Positions 1 to 12,799 of a stretch of DNA of 64,000 bases are shown here, piece after piece. The stretch spans positions 20,460,001 through 20,524,000 of the forward strand of contig NC_043007.1 of NCBI RefSeq assembly GCF_006345805.1, given 5' to 3'. A model generated the notes under the pieces. It did no database searches and was not told the DNA's origin. It saw only the letters and a list, made by a program, of their open reading frames with translations. Both the position numbers and the translations under genes were made by a program. Numbering within the stretch: the stretch's first letter is position 1; each line of letters starts with the position of its first letter. This DNA comes from Octopus sinensis (taxonomy: Eukaryota).

Positions 1-1170
1 TGTCTTTGATTTAACACTGTGTCTATGCATCGGTGTATCAGTTTTTCCTTTCAATCTCCATATCTACTGTACCTCTCATTTTTTCTCTTTCACTTTCCCT
101 GTGTCCCTCCTCTCTCCTGCTTTTAGTATAACAATGTGTATATATAACTATGTATCAACTTTTCTTTCAACCTATGTATCTACTTTTCCTGCGACGTGAT
201 AATCATTTAAATACAGAAAATGAACGCTATTACCACCTACTGTCTGTCTCTCTTACTTCCTCTCTGAAACATTTAAAAGCACCAAATGAATGCTGCCTCT
301 TTTACTCTCCCTCTTCCTTTCTGTCCTCCTCTCTGATGCTTTGCCATTCACTTCTTCCTTTAAAGTATATGTGACACACACCACAGGTACATACAAACAG
401 AACAATTTGGCATATTAATATTATTGACTAGCTGGCCACGTGCCTTAAAAAATGACAGCTAATTGTAGTATTTTATATATAAAAAAGGTATATAATAATC
501 ACACATACAAACATTCACATACTGCTCTTGTACATGCACACAGATACACACATGTACACAGACTTGAAACGCTATTTGATTTTTCTTTTTAGCGTTGAAT
601 GTTCACTGTCCCACTTCCATTGCAGCCCCCCCCACACACACACACACGCAGACAAACATTCACATAACTTCCTTTTACATACATACACATATACTCACAC
701 AGAGTTGAAACGCTGTTTGATTTTTTTTCACCACAGATCTTTCATCATCTCACAACCAAGTTTGCCATCACCCCTTCCTTCCTTATTCATCTATCACCCC
801 TTCCTTTCTCATTCATATGTTGTGACGGAGAAAAACACGAGTATTGTTATAGTAGATAAGTAGGATTATTATTAATTAGATCTGTTCCTGTACGGCAGAA
901 AAGAGATCCAATTAGAAATTATTATCATTGCTATTAATTTCATGTTTGAGTTCTGCTAATCATGGACATTGAAGTTGATTTGAATGTGGTTCTGTAAATT
1001 TGTTTGACGATAGGCACAGGAGTGACCATAAGCACAAGTATGGTTGTGTGATAAGAAGTTTGCTTCTGGGCTCAGTCCCACTGCATGACCCCTTGGTGCA
1101 GTGAGACTGGACCCGAAATCACATGGTTACAAAGCAAGCTCCTAAAAAGTACCAGAAGGGGGTGTGAATT

Positions 1171-1620
1171 GGACTTCCTGGAAAGGCCTGAGAGAGGGTG
1201 AGTGGGACTTGCTGGAAAATTCCAAGGAGAGGAGAAAGGACTTCTTTGGAAAAGTCCAGGAGGGGTAGGGGCTTCCTGGAAAAGTCTGAGGAGGGGGTAA
1301 AGACTTCCTGGAAAAGTCCAAGGAGGAGGTGGGCATTTCCTCGAAAAGACTGAAAGGGGTGCACCTCCTAGAAAAGTCTAGGGATGGGACTTCCTGGAAA
1401 AGCCTGCAGAGGGGCTAGGGACTTCCTGGAATAGTCCAAGAAGGGGCTAGGGATTTCCTGGAAGTCTGAGGAGGGAGTGGGTACTTCCTGGAAAAGTCCG
1501 AGTAGAGGTGGAACTTCCTAGAAAAGACCGAGGAGGGGCAGGAAGGACTTCCTGGGAAAGTCCAAGGAGCGGTGGGATTTCCTGGAAAAGCTAGAGGATG
1601 AGGTGGGCCTTCCTGAAAAA
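1171..1620 (+). repeat. Minisatellite, about 15 units of ~30 bp, core GGACTTCCTGGAAAAGTCC
   Basis: Units counted by eye at about 1171, 1205, 1238, 1269, 1301, 1333, 1361, 1387, 1419, 1451, 1481, 1510, 1545, 1575 and 1605, separated by purine-rich linkers. Confidence 0.9.
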
Positions 1621-2192
1621 TGTTTTAAAAAATAACTTACCAGCATTCCCTTCATATACACAGTGATCACATTCAGTTAAAATGGTTTGCTGATGTCCCT
1701 CTTTTTTTCCTTGGTGAGAAGATCGCATTGTTTTACATCATTTTATTCCCTCTGGAATAACACCACTGTTTTCTTTGAATCATATGTCGGAAGTATAAAG
1801 ATTTGAATAACACCTGCGTGTAACTCCACTTCTTTATTTATGTTAATCAAACACATTTCACTAAACCCTGGAATGTCTACCTTTTAAGTAGGCTGTTACA
1901 TCCTTGGTACTTATGCCAATTTTTTGCTACCCTGGCAAATATTTATTTATTTTTTTCCGTGTTATTTGTACACATTGACAAAAATACACATACATTTATA
2001 TATATAGTGAATAAAAAAAAAACATATATCAGAAAGAAGCACACTCTAAAAAATAGAGCAGTAATTATTACAACAAAATTTTATATAGAGTTACCCAAGG
2101 TTTCGCACCCTCAAAACCAAGCCTTGTGGACAGCTCATCAGACTCTTTGTGGGTGTGAAATCTTGGGTAACTCTATATAAAATTTTGTTGTA

Positions 2193-2229
<37 letters not shown>

Positions 2230-2780
2230 TAGTGAAGGCTCTGAATTCGAAATCGAACCAAATTCGTCGACTGGCATCCATGCCAACCTCCCTTCACTGG
2301 ACACTAGACTCTGTTCGCGAAGACCTGTTGGGGCAAGTGAAATCGAAATTGAACCAAATTTGATGACTGGCACCTGTGTCAGTGGAGTGCTAACAGCTCC
2401 ATCCAAGCGGGATCACTGCCAGAGCAGCTGTCTGGCATGTAAAGAATACCATTTGAGCATGATCGTTGTCAGCGTCGCCTCACTGGCACATGAACAAAAC
2501 ATTCGAGCGAGGTCATTCCCAGTGCTGGTGGCACGTAAAAAACAGCATTTTCGAGCGTGGCCGTTGCCAGTACCGCCAGACTGACCCTCGTGCTGGTGGC
2601 ACTTTAAAAGCACCCACTACACTCTCGGAGTGGTTGGCGTTAGGAAGGGCATCCAGCTGTAGAAACTCTGCCAGATCAGATTGGGGCCTGGCGCAGCCAT
2701 CTCATTCGCCAGCCCTCAGTCAAAATCATCCAACCCATGCTAGCATGGAAAGCGGACGTTAAACAATGATGATGATAATG
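2230..2780 (+). mobile_element. SINE-like repeat family with RTE-type (GAT)n tail (GGATGCCCTTCCTAACGCCAACC family)
   Basis: Same sequence recurs at about 4665-4970, 17700-17960, 24450-24835, 32610-32980, 44650-44910, 45300-45730, 47700-48960, 50655-50875, 55145-55620, 57830-58050, 58545-59000, 61145-61410, 62800-63285 and 63715-64000. It ends in GGACGTTAAACGATGATGATG. Boundaries are approximate. Confidence 0.8.
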
Positions 2781-3365
2781 ATACACACATACACATAGTG
2801 AAGGCTCATGCCTTAGTGGTTAGGGTATTTGACACACGATTGTAAGGTCACGAGTTCAAATCCCGGCAGTATATTGTATCCTTGAGCAAGGCCCTTTATT
2901 TCACATTCCACTCAACTGGCAAAAATGAATAGTGTCTGTATGTCAAAGGGTGAGATTTTCCAAATTCTGTATCATGATGAGTCTCCCTCAGAACTAAGTT
3001 AATGGCGTGTATGTCTGTGGAGTACTCAGCCACTTGCACATTAATTTTATAAGTAAGCTGTTCCATTGATTGGATCAACTGGGACCCTTGTCATCATGAC
3101 TGATAGAGTGCCCTATACACACACCCATTGTGCTTCCCAAATCCCATTTTTGCTGATACAGGTAGGTCCCCTTGAGAACCACATGTGATCTGTCATCCAG
3201 GTTTTTTGTCATCTCTCCTCAGTGAGATTTGAGATCATGAGATCAAACTTCACTATTTTTCCCATGCCTTCTTGGAACTCCCACTTTTGCGGCTTCATCC
3301 ACATTAAGTGGTTGGCACTTCTCTATAAATGTCCACATCCATAGGCATCATGTGTCCATACCATA

Positions 3366-3730
3366 AAGGTGGCGAGCTGGCAGAAACGTTAGCACACCGG
3401 GTGAAATGCTCAACGGTATTTCGTCTGCCGAGGTCGACTTTGCCTTTCATCCTTTCGGGGGTCAATAAATTAAGTACCAGTTACGCACTGGGGTTGATGT
3501 AATCGACCTAATCCGTTTGTCCCCTCTATGTTTAGCCCCTTGTGGGTAGTAAAGAAATAGGTATTTCGTCTGCCGCTACATTCTGAGTTCAAATTCCGCC
3601 GAGGTCGACTTTGCCTTTCATCCTTTTGGGGTCAATAAATTAAGTACCAGTTATGCACTGGAGTTGATGTAATCAACTTAATCCATTTGCCCCCTCTGTG
3701 TTTAGCCCCTTGTGGGTAGTAAAAAAATAA
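3366..3730 (+). mobile_element. tRNA-derived SINE with MetaSINE-like core (dimer)
   Basis: Head GGCGAGCTGGCAGAAACGTTAG, B-box-like GAGTTCAAATTC and core GCCTTTCATCCTTTCGGGGTC. Further copies at about 15010-15550, 21455-21990, 27262-27790, 44170-44402, 52155-52400, 55970-56385 and 56872-57103. The Meta-domain assignment is from memory. Confidence 0.75.
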
Positions 3731-4989
3731 AATAAGATACCAGAGTTTTTCTCTCAACACATTTGTGTTGGTTACCCGGAACCATGTGGTTGGTAAGCAA
3801 GCTACTTACCACACAGCCACTCCTTCATTTTTTTCCTATCATACTGATCTTAATTTTGTGACTATTCCATGGCAGAGAAGTATTTTTGACTTCTATTTTT
3901 AGTGATGCAGGTGCTCATGTAGTACCCTTGTATGTGTGTGTGTGTGTGTATATATATATATACTCTTTTACTTGTTTCAGTCATTTGACTGTGGCCATGC
4001 TGGAGCACTGCCTTTAATCGAGCAAATCGACCCCGGGACTTATTCTTTGTAAGCCCAGTACTTATTCTATTGGTCTCTTTTTTGGCAAACCGCTAAGTGA
4101 CGGGGATGTAAACACACCAGCATCGGTTGTCAAGCAATGCTAGGGGGACAAACACAGACACCTGTATATATATATATATATATACGACAGGCTTCTTTCA
4201 GTTTCCGTCTACCAAATCCACTCACAAGACTTTGGTCGGCCCGGGGCTATAGTAGAAGACACTTGCCCAAGGTGCCACGCAGTGGGACTGAACCCGGAAC
4301 CATGTGGTTGGTTAGCAAGCTACTTACCACACAGCCACTCCTGCACCTATATACATACACAATAGTACCTTGGCTTTTGAACTCTGATCTCGAATAAATC
4401 ACGCTTCATATATATATATGAAGCATGATTCATTCATAAACTGAGGTACTACTGTATGAAATGAATATGAGAAAGACAGGAGATAAAGTACGATTTATTC
4501 GTGATCAGAGATGTTCAATAACCGAGGTTCTACTGTGTATACATATTATATATATTTTATTAATCTGCCTGTACAGCTTGTATTCGCTGCCACTAGCAGT
4601 GATATTTCTAATAGTGCTATCGCTCTCATATTCATTTATTTTATATATATATATATATATATGCCGGTGGCATGTAAAAAGCACCATCCGATTGTGGCTG
4701 TTGCCAGCCTCGTCTGGCCCCCGTGCCGGTGACACGTAAAAAGCATCAACTGATCGTGGCCGTTTGCCAGCCTCGTCTGGCACCTGTGCAGGTGGCACAT
4801 AAAAAGCACCCACTGCACTCACGGAGTGGTTGGCGTTAGGAAGGGCATCCAGCTGTAGAAACACTGCCAGATCAGACTGGGCTTGGCGCAGCCTTCTGGT
4901 TTCCCAGACCCCATTGAACCGTCCAACCCATGCTAGCATGGAAAACGGACGTTAAACGATGATGATGATGATATATATATATATATGCT

Positions 4990-5372
4990 CAGGAGTGGCT
5001 GTGTGGTAAGTAGCTTGCTTACCAACTACATGGTTCTGGGTTCTGTCCCACTGCGTGGCACCTTGAGCAAGTGTCTTCTACTATAGCTTTGAGCTGACCA
5101 AAGCTGTGAGTGGATTTTGTACACGGAAACTGAAAGAAGCCTGTCGTATATATATATATATATAATGTGTGTGTTTGTGTCTATCTGTCCCCACCTCCCA
5201 TTGCTTGACAACTGATGTTAGTGTGCTTACGTCCCCGTAACTTAGTGGTTCAACAAAAGAAACCAATAAAATAAGTACTAGGCTTACAAAGAGTAAGTCC
5301 TTGGGTCAATTTGTTCGACTAAAGGCAGTGCTCCAGCATGGCCGCAGTCAAATGACTGAAACAAATAAAAGA
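4990..5372 (+). mobile_element. tRNA-derived SINE (GGAGTGGCTGTGTGGTAAG family)
   Basis: A-box-like TGTGTGGTAAG and B-box-like GGTTC(T/A)GTCCC, internal (TA)n, tail ATGACTGAAACAAGTAAAAGA. Copies at about 3962-4345 (-), 6655-7040, 16241-16612, 26375-26715, 30122-30480, 30930-31325, 41075-41545, 45770-46155 and 51403-51750 (-). Confidence 0.85.
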
Positions 5373-5599
5373 ATCTATATATACATATTAAAGATTGTTT
5401 CGATGTTAAGTTACATATAAAACCAATAGACCATCAAATTGAAGGAGCACTCAATATGTTTTGAGTGTGGTTTTTATTAATTTTTGTAAGGACATGGTTG
5501 ACAGCATCTTCATAGTTACTGATGACAGCTCATGAGCTGAAACTTCAAATCACTGTCAACTTTTTCCCTGTAAATATTTATTTATATATATATATGTGT

Positions 5600-5830
5600 G
5601 TGGAGGCACGTGGCCTTAGTGGTTAGCATCATGATTGTAAGATTGTGGTTTCGATTCCTGGACCGAGCGACGCGTTGTGTTCTTGAGCAAAACACTTCAT
5701 TTCATATTGCTCCAGTGCACTCAGCTAGCAAAAATGAATAACGCTACGATGGACTGGCTTCCCATCCAGCTGGGTAACACATACGCCATTGAAACCGGGC
5801 CCATGAGCCTGGCTAGGCTTTAAATGGGCG
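5600..5830 (+). mobile_element. tRNA-derived SINE with V-domain-like core
   Basis: tRNA-like head (TAGTGGTTAG ... GGTTTCGATTCC) and GATGGACTGGC(G/T)TCCC.TCCAG core. Related copies at about 8310-8540, 22290-22570 (-), 23205-23445, 46810-47125 (-) and 60635-60937 (-). Confidence 0.7.
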
Positions 5831-6299
5831 CATTTGTTATTTTATTAAATATATACACACACACGAGGAAGTGCAGAAAGTTTCTGGCTTTGAGTAAAAG
5901 AAAATACAAGCGGATCAGTTGATCATGAGCTTACCCAACATATTCCCCTCTCAGATTGACACACTTATTGCAGCAATCCTTCAGTCTTTCTAATCCCTGT
6001 AAAAGAACTCAGAAGGTTGGGTCTCCAACCAGGCCTTTCATGACACCCTTAAAGCCAGGAACTTTTTATCACTCCCTCATATGTATGTGTCAGAATGAAG
6101 AGTTATGAAATTAGAAATCCAAGCAAAATACTTCTTAAGATCTCTGCTGATATAGATCCACCTGGTTAATAATAGGTTTTGTAATTGGCAATGAACTCCA
6201 GGTATTCCAAAGGAAAGATCAAAGGTTGAAGTCCATCACCAGTTTACTTTGTAAATTCATGATTGCACTACCAAGAGAACATGGTGTTTTCAGAGTGAT

Positions 6300-6650
6300 A
6301 TATAAAAAAAAAGGCTTAAATAATGGGTTCTATACCTTTATATGTGCACTATAGACTTACAGCTGTTTCTGGTATGCATCTTCAGTGCATTCATGGTTAA
6401 GTTTATCTAATTGATTGATCTATTGAAAATATAGTGAATGACTATCAGAATGCTATCATCTTTAGTGTTCAACATATCAATAGTTGATGTGTTAAACTCC
6501 CAAGACTATAGCATTCCAGGTATATTTTTCAACAGATCAAGTTGACTGAACCATGAATGCACCGAAAATGTATATCAGAAACAACTGTAAGTCTGTAATG
6601 CACGAATAAAGGTATAAAACCCATTATTTGTGCCTTTTTTTTTTTAAACA
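6300..6650. repeat. Degenerate inverted repeat (arms about 6300-6420 and 6530-6650)
   Basis: ATAATGGGTTCTATACCTTTAT...GACTTACAGCTGTTTCTGGTATGCAT...GTGCATTCATGGTT pairs with AACCATGAATGCAC...ATATCAGAAACAACTGTAAGTC...ATAAAGGTATAAAACCCATTAT. Confidence 0.75.
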
Positions 6651-7123
6651 TATATAAGGCGTGGCTGTGTAGTAAAGAAGCTTGCTTTGCAATCACAGTA
6701 TCGGGCTCAGTCCCACTGCATGGCACCTTGGGCAAGTGTTCCTCTTCTATAGCCTCTGGCCTAACAAAGCCTTCTGAATGGATTTGCTACATGGAAACAA
6801 ACAAGAAGCATACACACACATATATATATACGTATTTATGTGTGTGTGTCTTTGTTTGGCCTCCTACCATTGTTTGACAACTGATGTTGGTGTGCATAAC
6901 TTAGCAGTTCGGCAAAAGAGACTGATACAATAAGTGCTAGGCTTTACAAAGAATAAGTCCTGGGGTTGATTTCGACTAAAACTCTTTAAGGTGGTGCTCC
7001 AGCATGGCCAGTCAAAATGACTGAAACAAGTAAAAGAATATATATATATATATATATTGGTTAAAACGGTAAGATAACAAAAGAAAGAAAGAGACCTCAA
7101 TATTATGTAAATAGAGGAAATTT

Positions 7124-7315
7124 ATCTGTAAAATATGTGACTTTTATTCAATAGCCAAGATAAAACTGAGTTTCGGACGCCGAGGTGGAAATCCACAACA
7201 CCATCTCTTTGGTTATCTGTCTGAAGAGATGGTGTTGTAGATTTCCACCTTGGCATCCGAAACTCAGAGTTTTATCTTGGTTATTGAATAATTGTCACAT
7301 ATTATATTTACAGAT
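7124..7315. repeat. Foldback made of two inverted Penelope-type terminal repeats with hammerhead-like motifs
   Basis: Arms of about 85-90 nt (7124-7209 and 7223-7315) are near-perfect reverse complements. CTGAAGA at 7221 and GAAACTCAGAGTT at 7259. Confidence 0.8.
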
Positions 7316-9732
7316 ATATATATATATATATATATAAAACATAAGCACGGCAGTCTTCTTTCAGTTTCTTTCTATCAAATCCACTCACAAAGCTTTTGTT
7401 AACTTGAGGCTACAACAGATGACATTTGCCCAAACTGCCACGCAGTGGGACTGAACCTGAAACCATGCAGTTAGGAAGCAAACTTCTTAACCACACACCC
7501 ACACCTGAAGGTAACTTGAAGAATACAATACTAGAAAGTTGCAAGTAGACAGCTTCGTGTTAGAGAAACAGAAATAAAATCCAACATGTTCAAAATGATA
7601 TTAACAAATTTTTATCTTTTCCATTTGTTATTGTAATTGGGAGAAAGATGGAACATAAAATAAATGAAAACAATATTGTTATTTTTTGATAATTCATTGA
7701 AGGATGTTGAATGATTTCATTTACTCCTGAGATATATAAAGTTGTATGAAATGAAAAAAAAGGAAAGCTTTTCTTGAAATATCTATGATTATTTAAATTA
7801 ATTAAAAAAAACATATTGGCAGGAAGTAACATTATATAAACAAAAAAAAAATCAGTCAAGATCAACAATGACATTAGCACACACACACAAACGGAACTGT
7901 TTCCAGTTTAGGCACAAAGCCCGAAGCCTGGGTTTAAAAAAAAAAAAAAAAAAAATGTGGTGTAGATACCATGAATCCCAGTATATAACTGGTACTTTAT
8001 TTTATTAACCCCAAAAGAAATGAAAAGCACAGTTGATCTCGGTGGTATTTGAACTCGGAACATAAAGAGCTAAAATAAATACCTCAAGGCATTGTTTGAT
8101 GTGGAAACACTACCAATCCATAATAATGACGATCTCTCTGACGAAGTTTTTTGCAAGGGGAAACCATTCCATACTGTTTGTCGTTGAACTTGTTTACAAC
8201 TGGTTGTTTCCCTGCTCTAAGAAATGATTCATTGTAAACGAAAAATACTCAAAGGAACCAGTGAAGAAATATCTGTCAATTAAGATTCCTAATTTGATAT
8301 AGATATATATCAGGCGCGTGGCTTAGTGGTTAAGGTGTCAGCACCATGATCGTAAGATTGTGGTTTCCATTCCTGGACTGGGCGATGCGTTGTGTTCTTG
8401 ATCAAAACACTTCATTTCACGTTGCTTCAGTCCACTCAGCTGGCAAAAATAAGTAACGCTGCAATGGACTGGCGTCCCGTCCAGCTGGGGAACACATACG
8501 CCATAGAAACCGGGCCCATGAGCCTGGCTAGGCTTTAAAAGGGCTCTACTAATGGCGGTGCCCCAGCATGGCCACAGCTTGTGAGCTGAAACTAGATAAA
8601 TAAATAAAAAAAGATATATGAATAAGTAAACCTAAACAAAATATTTATTGAAATTCACTCTAGACGAACCAGTAATATCATATTTCACATGAGCAGAAAT
8701 ATAGGGTGTCTAAAGCAAAATTGCTTTTTCATCATCAACCCTTGGACATCACTGTCTTGAACCCTAAGCCTCATAAGACACATTACCTGGTTTCCATAGC
8801 ATATAAGTGACTGAGATCACAACATTCCCCCTGGATAGGATGCCAGTCCATTGTAGTGTTATTCATCTACAGTTGAGTGGACTGGAGTAATGTGAAATGA
8901 AGTGTTTTGATCAAAAACACAACACACTGCCCAATCTAGATATTGAAACCATGATCTTGTGATACTCAGTGCAACGCCCTAACCACCAGGCCATACACTT
9001 TCATGTTATTTTTTTTGTTTTTAACAGCATATCCTATAATGATTTGATTCCATTAAAAAAATTTTTTTTTTTTTAAGTGCCAAATTATACAATCCAGTGA
9101 TGAAATGTAGAGAGGAAAACTAAATTGTTTCATCAAAAGTGCTTGAAACATTTGTAAATTTGCAGACCTAAATCCTCAATTTTTGCTCTGAGTTAGGATT
9201 TGTCTTTTAATACAGTAAGTACAGTACACAGAAAGAGAAGGGATTTTGTTCATTAGAAAATAAAACTTTTGCAGGAACATTTTTTTTTTAATGTTTGTAA
9301 AGAATTATAAACAAACAGTAATTTTAGAATTTTAATAATAGAAAAGATAGTGATGACAAGATGATATGAAAACAAGTCTTTGATAAAGCTATTCAACTAA
9401 GAGAAACAATACATGGTATAGCAGCAATTGTTAATATTGCTTGACAAATTCCACAGCATAGAATGTCAACTCAGAAATATGGTTCTCCCTATGTGAGAAA
9501 TTCAAAGGAATTTATCAAACTTTTACCAAGAGAATAACTATGAGTGTCTCTAAACAGAGAGATGGGGGTGGGGCAAAGAAAAAAATAAAATAAAATCAAC
9601 AAAATGATAAATAATTAGATTGAGACCTCTAAGATAGGAGCCAATATGAAATGTCATTATTATTATTATTTGCTCTTTTTTTTTTTTTTCATTTTTTTTT
9701 GTCTTTTTGTTAGTAATTATTTTGACAAGATA

Positions 9733-12720
9733 TTAATCTTCAGTCCATTCAAACGGCTCAGGAGGTTCTGGTTCTGATTCCTCTTCGACTTTTGGACCGC
9801 CTGCAGCGATAGGTTCTACGAGGTCTTCGAGATCGTCCGGTTTGCGATTGTGTAACATAATGAGTCCTCCGCTCGTTACATCTTTCACCGACGTGTATCT
9901 CGAGGCATCTGGCATGGTGATCATTCGGAGCTGGGCCCGCATAACCCGAGCCGGGTTGTCTAATAACTCAAAGTTTGCCTCTGGCTTCTTTTCTTTCTCC
10001 TCCTCTTTCTTCTCTTCTTTTCCTTCCTCTTTCTTATCTTTAACCACTTCTTTTTTCTCTTCCTTTTTCTCTGTTTTAGCAGTCTTCTTTTCTGGTTCAT
10101 CCGAAGCTTCTTCATCCACATCCATCTTCTCTTCTTTCTCTTTCTTTTCGGCTTCCTTTTTCTTTTGTTTCGCCGTAATACTGAGGACAGCAGTTTTAAC
10201 CTTTTCTTTAGTTTTGTCTTTTTTTTCTTCTAAATGAGGTGGGTATGCAAACGTGGAAGGTTTTGCGTTGGAACGAAACTGTACTTTTGGCATTAGTAAA
10301 TTGCTGTTCAGTCCGATTATACAAGTAGGCTTAAATGCCAAGGATAAAAAGTGAGTAAGGGGGTACCAAAACCAGTACTGACAAAATACCAACATTCCTA
10401 CGACAGCTTCCATATTGGTATGACCTGTGCGAGACTGAAGAGAAATAGTAACATTTCGACCACCAGCATCTAGTATTCCTTGGGCTAAGATAGCGCCAAA
10501 CTTTGCCATAACATCATCATGTTTGTCAGTAATTACTTTAGTATATAATTGACGGAAGTGTGTGACTTTAGGACAAGTGATTTCATTTTGTTGAATGAGA
10601 ACGAGAGCTGAGGCGATGAGAGCTCCTTGTCGTACGTAGTTAACAGGATCGTTAGTCATGGGTTCCAACAGGGTCAGGGCTTCTTTTAGGCCGGTTCCAG
10701 CACAAGCAATGCCCAAAGCCATCGCAGCACCAAATCTAACATGAGGATTATAACTTTCTGATAGTAAAGAGACAACTTGTGGACATTTTTCAGGAGTCCG
10801 GAACAGAAGGAATCCAAGCGAGGTGACAGCGACACGTCTCACATCGTCATTGACATCACTGACGGCAATGTGGAGCAATTTTCTGATAGCTTGGTTGTTA
10901 CCAGAACCACAGTAGGCCATAGCAAGGGTGTACATGCCAGACCAACGAAGAATGGGGTCCTTATCTTGAGACAAAGTTTTGACTAGTTCATCAGCTTCTT
11001 CCATACGACCATACATGGTAAGAGCGATACCAACGGACAAGCCACGAAGAATCTTCTCGTGCTGGGTATCCTGTGCATACACAAGCATATCGTGGATAGC
11101 AGCATCGTTCTTAGTTCCAAGCATTACTAACCCCATAGCAAGTCCTGCTGCTTCACCAGTCACTGCATCATCTTGGTACAGGTTTATGCGAAGTTGTTCA
11201 AAGATATCTTGCTGGGCAGTACCCATCGCTGCGAGACCCAAGCCAAGACAACCTCCGTGTCTCACCATTTCATTTGTGGCCTCTTTGAGTTGACCAAGTA
11301 AATAATTTGTAATCTCACCTCCATGGTTAGCATGAATTAATCCAAGAGCATAAAGACCCCCGCCTTCTGAGTAGGTAGATCCAGGACTCGAGTCTTTGGG
11401 TAGATATGTAGACATGAAATTCAAGACATCCTTTTCATGGCCTTTATGAATAACACCAAGACTTGCAGTAGCAGTGAATTTAGCCCAGTTAGTGGCACGA
11501 GCCAACCATTCTAAATTGTCACGAAGAAACTGATCGCATGTAGTGCCACAATGCATGAAAGAATTGGCAATAACAGTGGCTGAGTGGCACAAGGAGTTAC
11601 GAACAGCATCTTTGGTATTCTTCAGAATCAATGAATCAGTTTTATTGTTCCTAATAAGGAAATCCAAGTGCAATTTTATAGTGTTTTCTCCTCCAAGGAT
11701 AGTATAAAGTTTGACAATTTTCTCCTGGAGATCTTTCTGGTCCTCAGTTAGCGATGGACTTGCAGGTGCCGGTGCAGCCGCTTCTGCGGTTTTTTCCTCA
11801 TCGACTTCCATCTTCTCTTCCTTGTTTTCTACAGTGGGAGCAACTTGTTTTTCTTCTTCCGTTTTCATGGACGGTAATGGTGCTGGGGCCACCTGCCGAA
11901 GCCAGTTTTGCACTTCCTGTAGAAATTGTTGGGTCGCACTCTCATACAAATCAAATGCAATTTGAAGGGCTTTCAGTTGCGATTCTTCGTTTCCCTTAAT
12001 TAATTTCTCTAGGATATTTGCAACAGATTGGTGGTCATCCAAGAAAATATAACACTGACACACACTGATATAATCTGGGGACTTAAGACGCATGTAAAGC
12101 TCAGTAAGAACACGTAGTACATCATTTCTAAAATGTCTACTCATTATGTGAGATAAACAAACTTTTAAACTATATGCCAACATTGCCGAAGGGTCATCCG
12201 ATTCCAAAATTGCTTTTTCAAACATATCAATTCTTCTTGTTTCCAAAGCAATACCCACAACTTGTTTATATTGTTTATCCTCAAAACACCTCTGAAACAT
12301 TCGATTAACTATCGCTTCAAGTCGAGTATCCATCATTTTGGCATCTTCTTGTGTTTCGGCGTTAATAACCTGCGTTTTGGTGTATTGGTCCATACATTTT
12401 GCTTTGATTGTGGAAACATATTCAGAAGTATCAGTAACATCAAACAAATTGAGAGCTCCCAATGCATACTTAAGTGAATCTTCATAAGCCCCGAGATGAT
12501 AATAAACTTTAGAAGCAACCAAAGCAGCCAGATCACGGCAACGGAAATCATGACTTTCGTACAATACCTCGATTTTCACGACCGCTTCTGCAATCTCAGC
12601 CCAAAATACATCAACGATCTTGTTTAGCTTTTCCAAGGCGAATACCTTCAGTTGTTCGTCCGGTTCGTCCAGCAGAGATATAACTCCTGAAGCCGAAGTC
12701 ATATGAGTTTTCATCTTCAT
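9733..12720 (-). CDS. PSMD1: 26S proteasome non-ATPase regulatory subunit 1 (Rpn2), single-exon ORF, 995 aa
   Basis: Colinear with human PSMD1 as recalled: N-terminal [14 protein letters not shown] repeats ([43 protein letters not shown]) and C-terminal [10 protein letters not shown]. The first ATG is at 12720; the track start at 12798 is a TTG. Confidence 0.97.
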   Translation of the reverse strand: MKMKTHMTSASGVISLLDEPDEQLKVFALEKLNKIVDVFWAEIAEAVVKIEVLYESHDFRCRDLAALVASKVYYHLGAYEDSLKYALGALNLFDVTDTSEYVSTIKAKCMDQYTKTQVINAETQEDAKMMDTRLEAIVNRMFQRCFEDKQYKQVVGIALETRRIDMFEKAILESDDPSAMLAYSLKVCLSHIMSRHFRNDVLRVLTELYMRLKSPDYISVCQCYIFLDDHQSVANILEKLIKGNEESQLKALQIAFDLYESATQQFLQEVQNWLRQVAPAPLPSMKTEEEKQVAPTVENKEEKMEVDEEKTAEAAAPAPASPSLTEDQKDLQEKIVKLYTILGGENTIKLHLDFLIRNNKTDSLILKNTKDAVRNSLCHSATVIANSFMHCGTTCDQFLRDNLEWLARATNWAKFTATASLGVIHKGHEKDVLNFMSTYLPKDSSPGSTYSEGGGLYALGLIHANHGGEITNYLLGQLKEATNEMVRHGGCLGLGLAAMGTAQQDIFEQLRINLYQDDAVTGEAAGLAMGLVMLGTKNDAAIHDMLVYAQDTQHEKILRGLSVGIALTMYGRMEEADELVKTLSQDKDPILRWSGMYTLAMAYCGSGNNQAIRKLLHIAVSDVNDDVRRVAVTSLGFLLFRTPEKCPQVVSLLSESYNPHVRFGAAMALGIACAGTGLKEALTLLEPMTNDPVNYVRQGALIASALVLIQQNEITCPKVTHFRQLYTKVITDKHDDVMAKFGAILAQGILDAGGRNVTISLQSRTGHTNMEAVVGMLVFCQYWFWYPLTHFLSLAFKPTCIIGLNSNLLMPKVQFRSNAKPSTFAYPPHLEEKKDKTKEKVKTAVLSITAKQKKKEAEKKEKEEKMDVDEEASDEPEKKTAKTEKKEEKKEVVKDKKEEGKEEKKEEEKEKKPEANFELLDNPARVMRAQLRMITMPDASRYTSVKDVTSGGLIMLHNRKPDDLEDLVEPIAAGGPKVEEESEPEPPEPFEWTED

Positions 12721-12799
12721 GGTTCTCTTTTTTGACAACGGAAACTTTAAATACCCAGCAAAGTTGTCAGACACAAACAACAACGTGACACAGCACAAG

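Noticed and set aside
1171-1620. CRISPR-like look (palindromic repeats with variable linkers)
   Set aside because: Eukaryotic context, linkers only about 10-13 nt and similar to each other, repeats degenerate, no cas genes.
4137-4939. Recurrent short ORFs such as ...RRHLPKVPRSGTEPGTMWL... and ...LQLDALPNANHS...
   Set aside because: They are translations of high-copy SINE sequence, repeated many times with random stops.
4990-5070. tRNA-like sequences at SINE heads, also in the other SINE families
   Set aside because: A/B boxes are present but there is no complete cloverleaf, and they continue into SINE bodies.
9842-12551. Antisense and alternative-frame ORFs overlapping PSMD1
   Set aside because: They are shadows of the Lys/Glu-rich coding strand and have no recognisable domains.
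12721-12798. 26-aa N-terminal extension of PSMD1 in the ORF track (MCCVTLL...)
   Set aside because: It starts at a TTG, and homology begins after the ATG at 12720.
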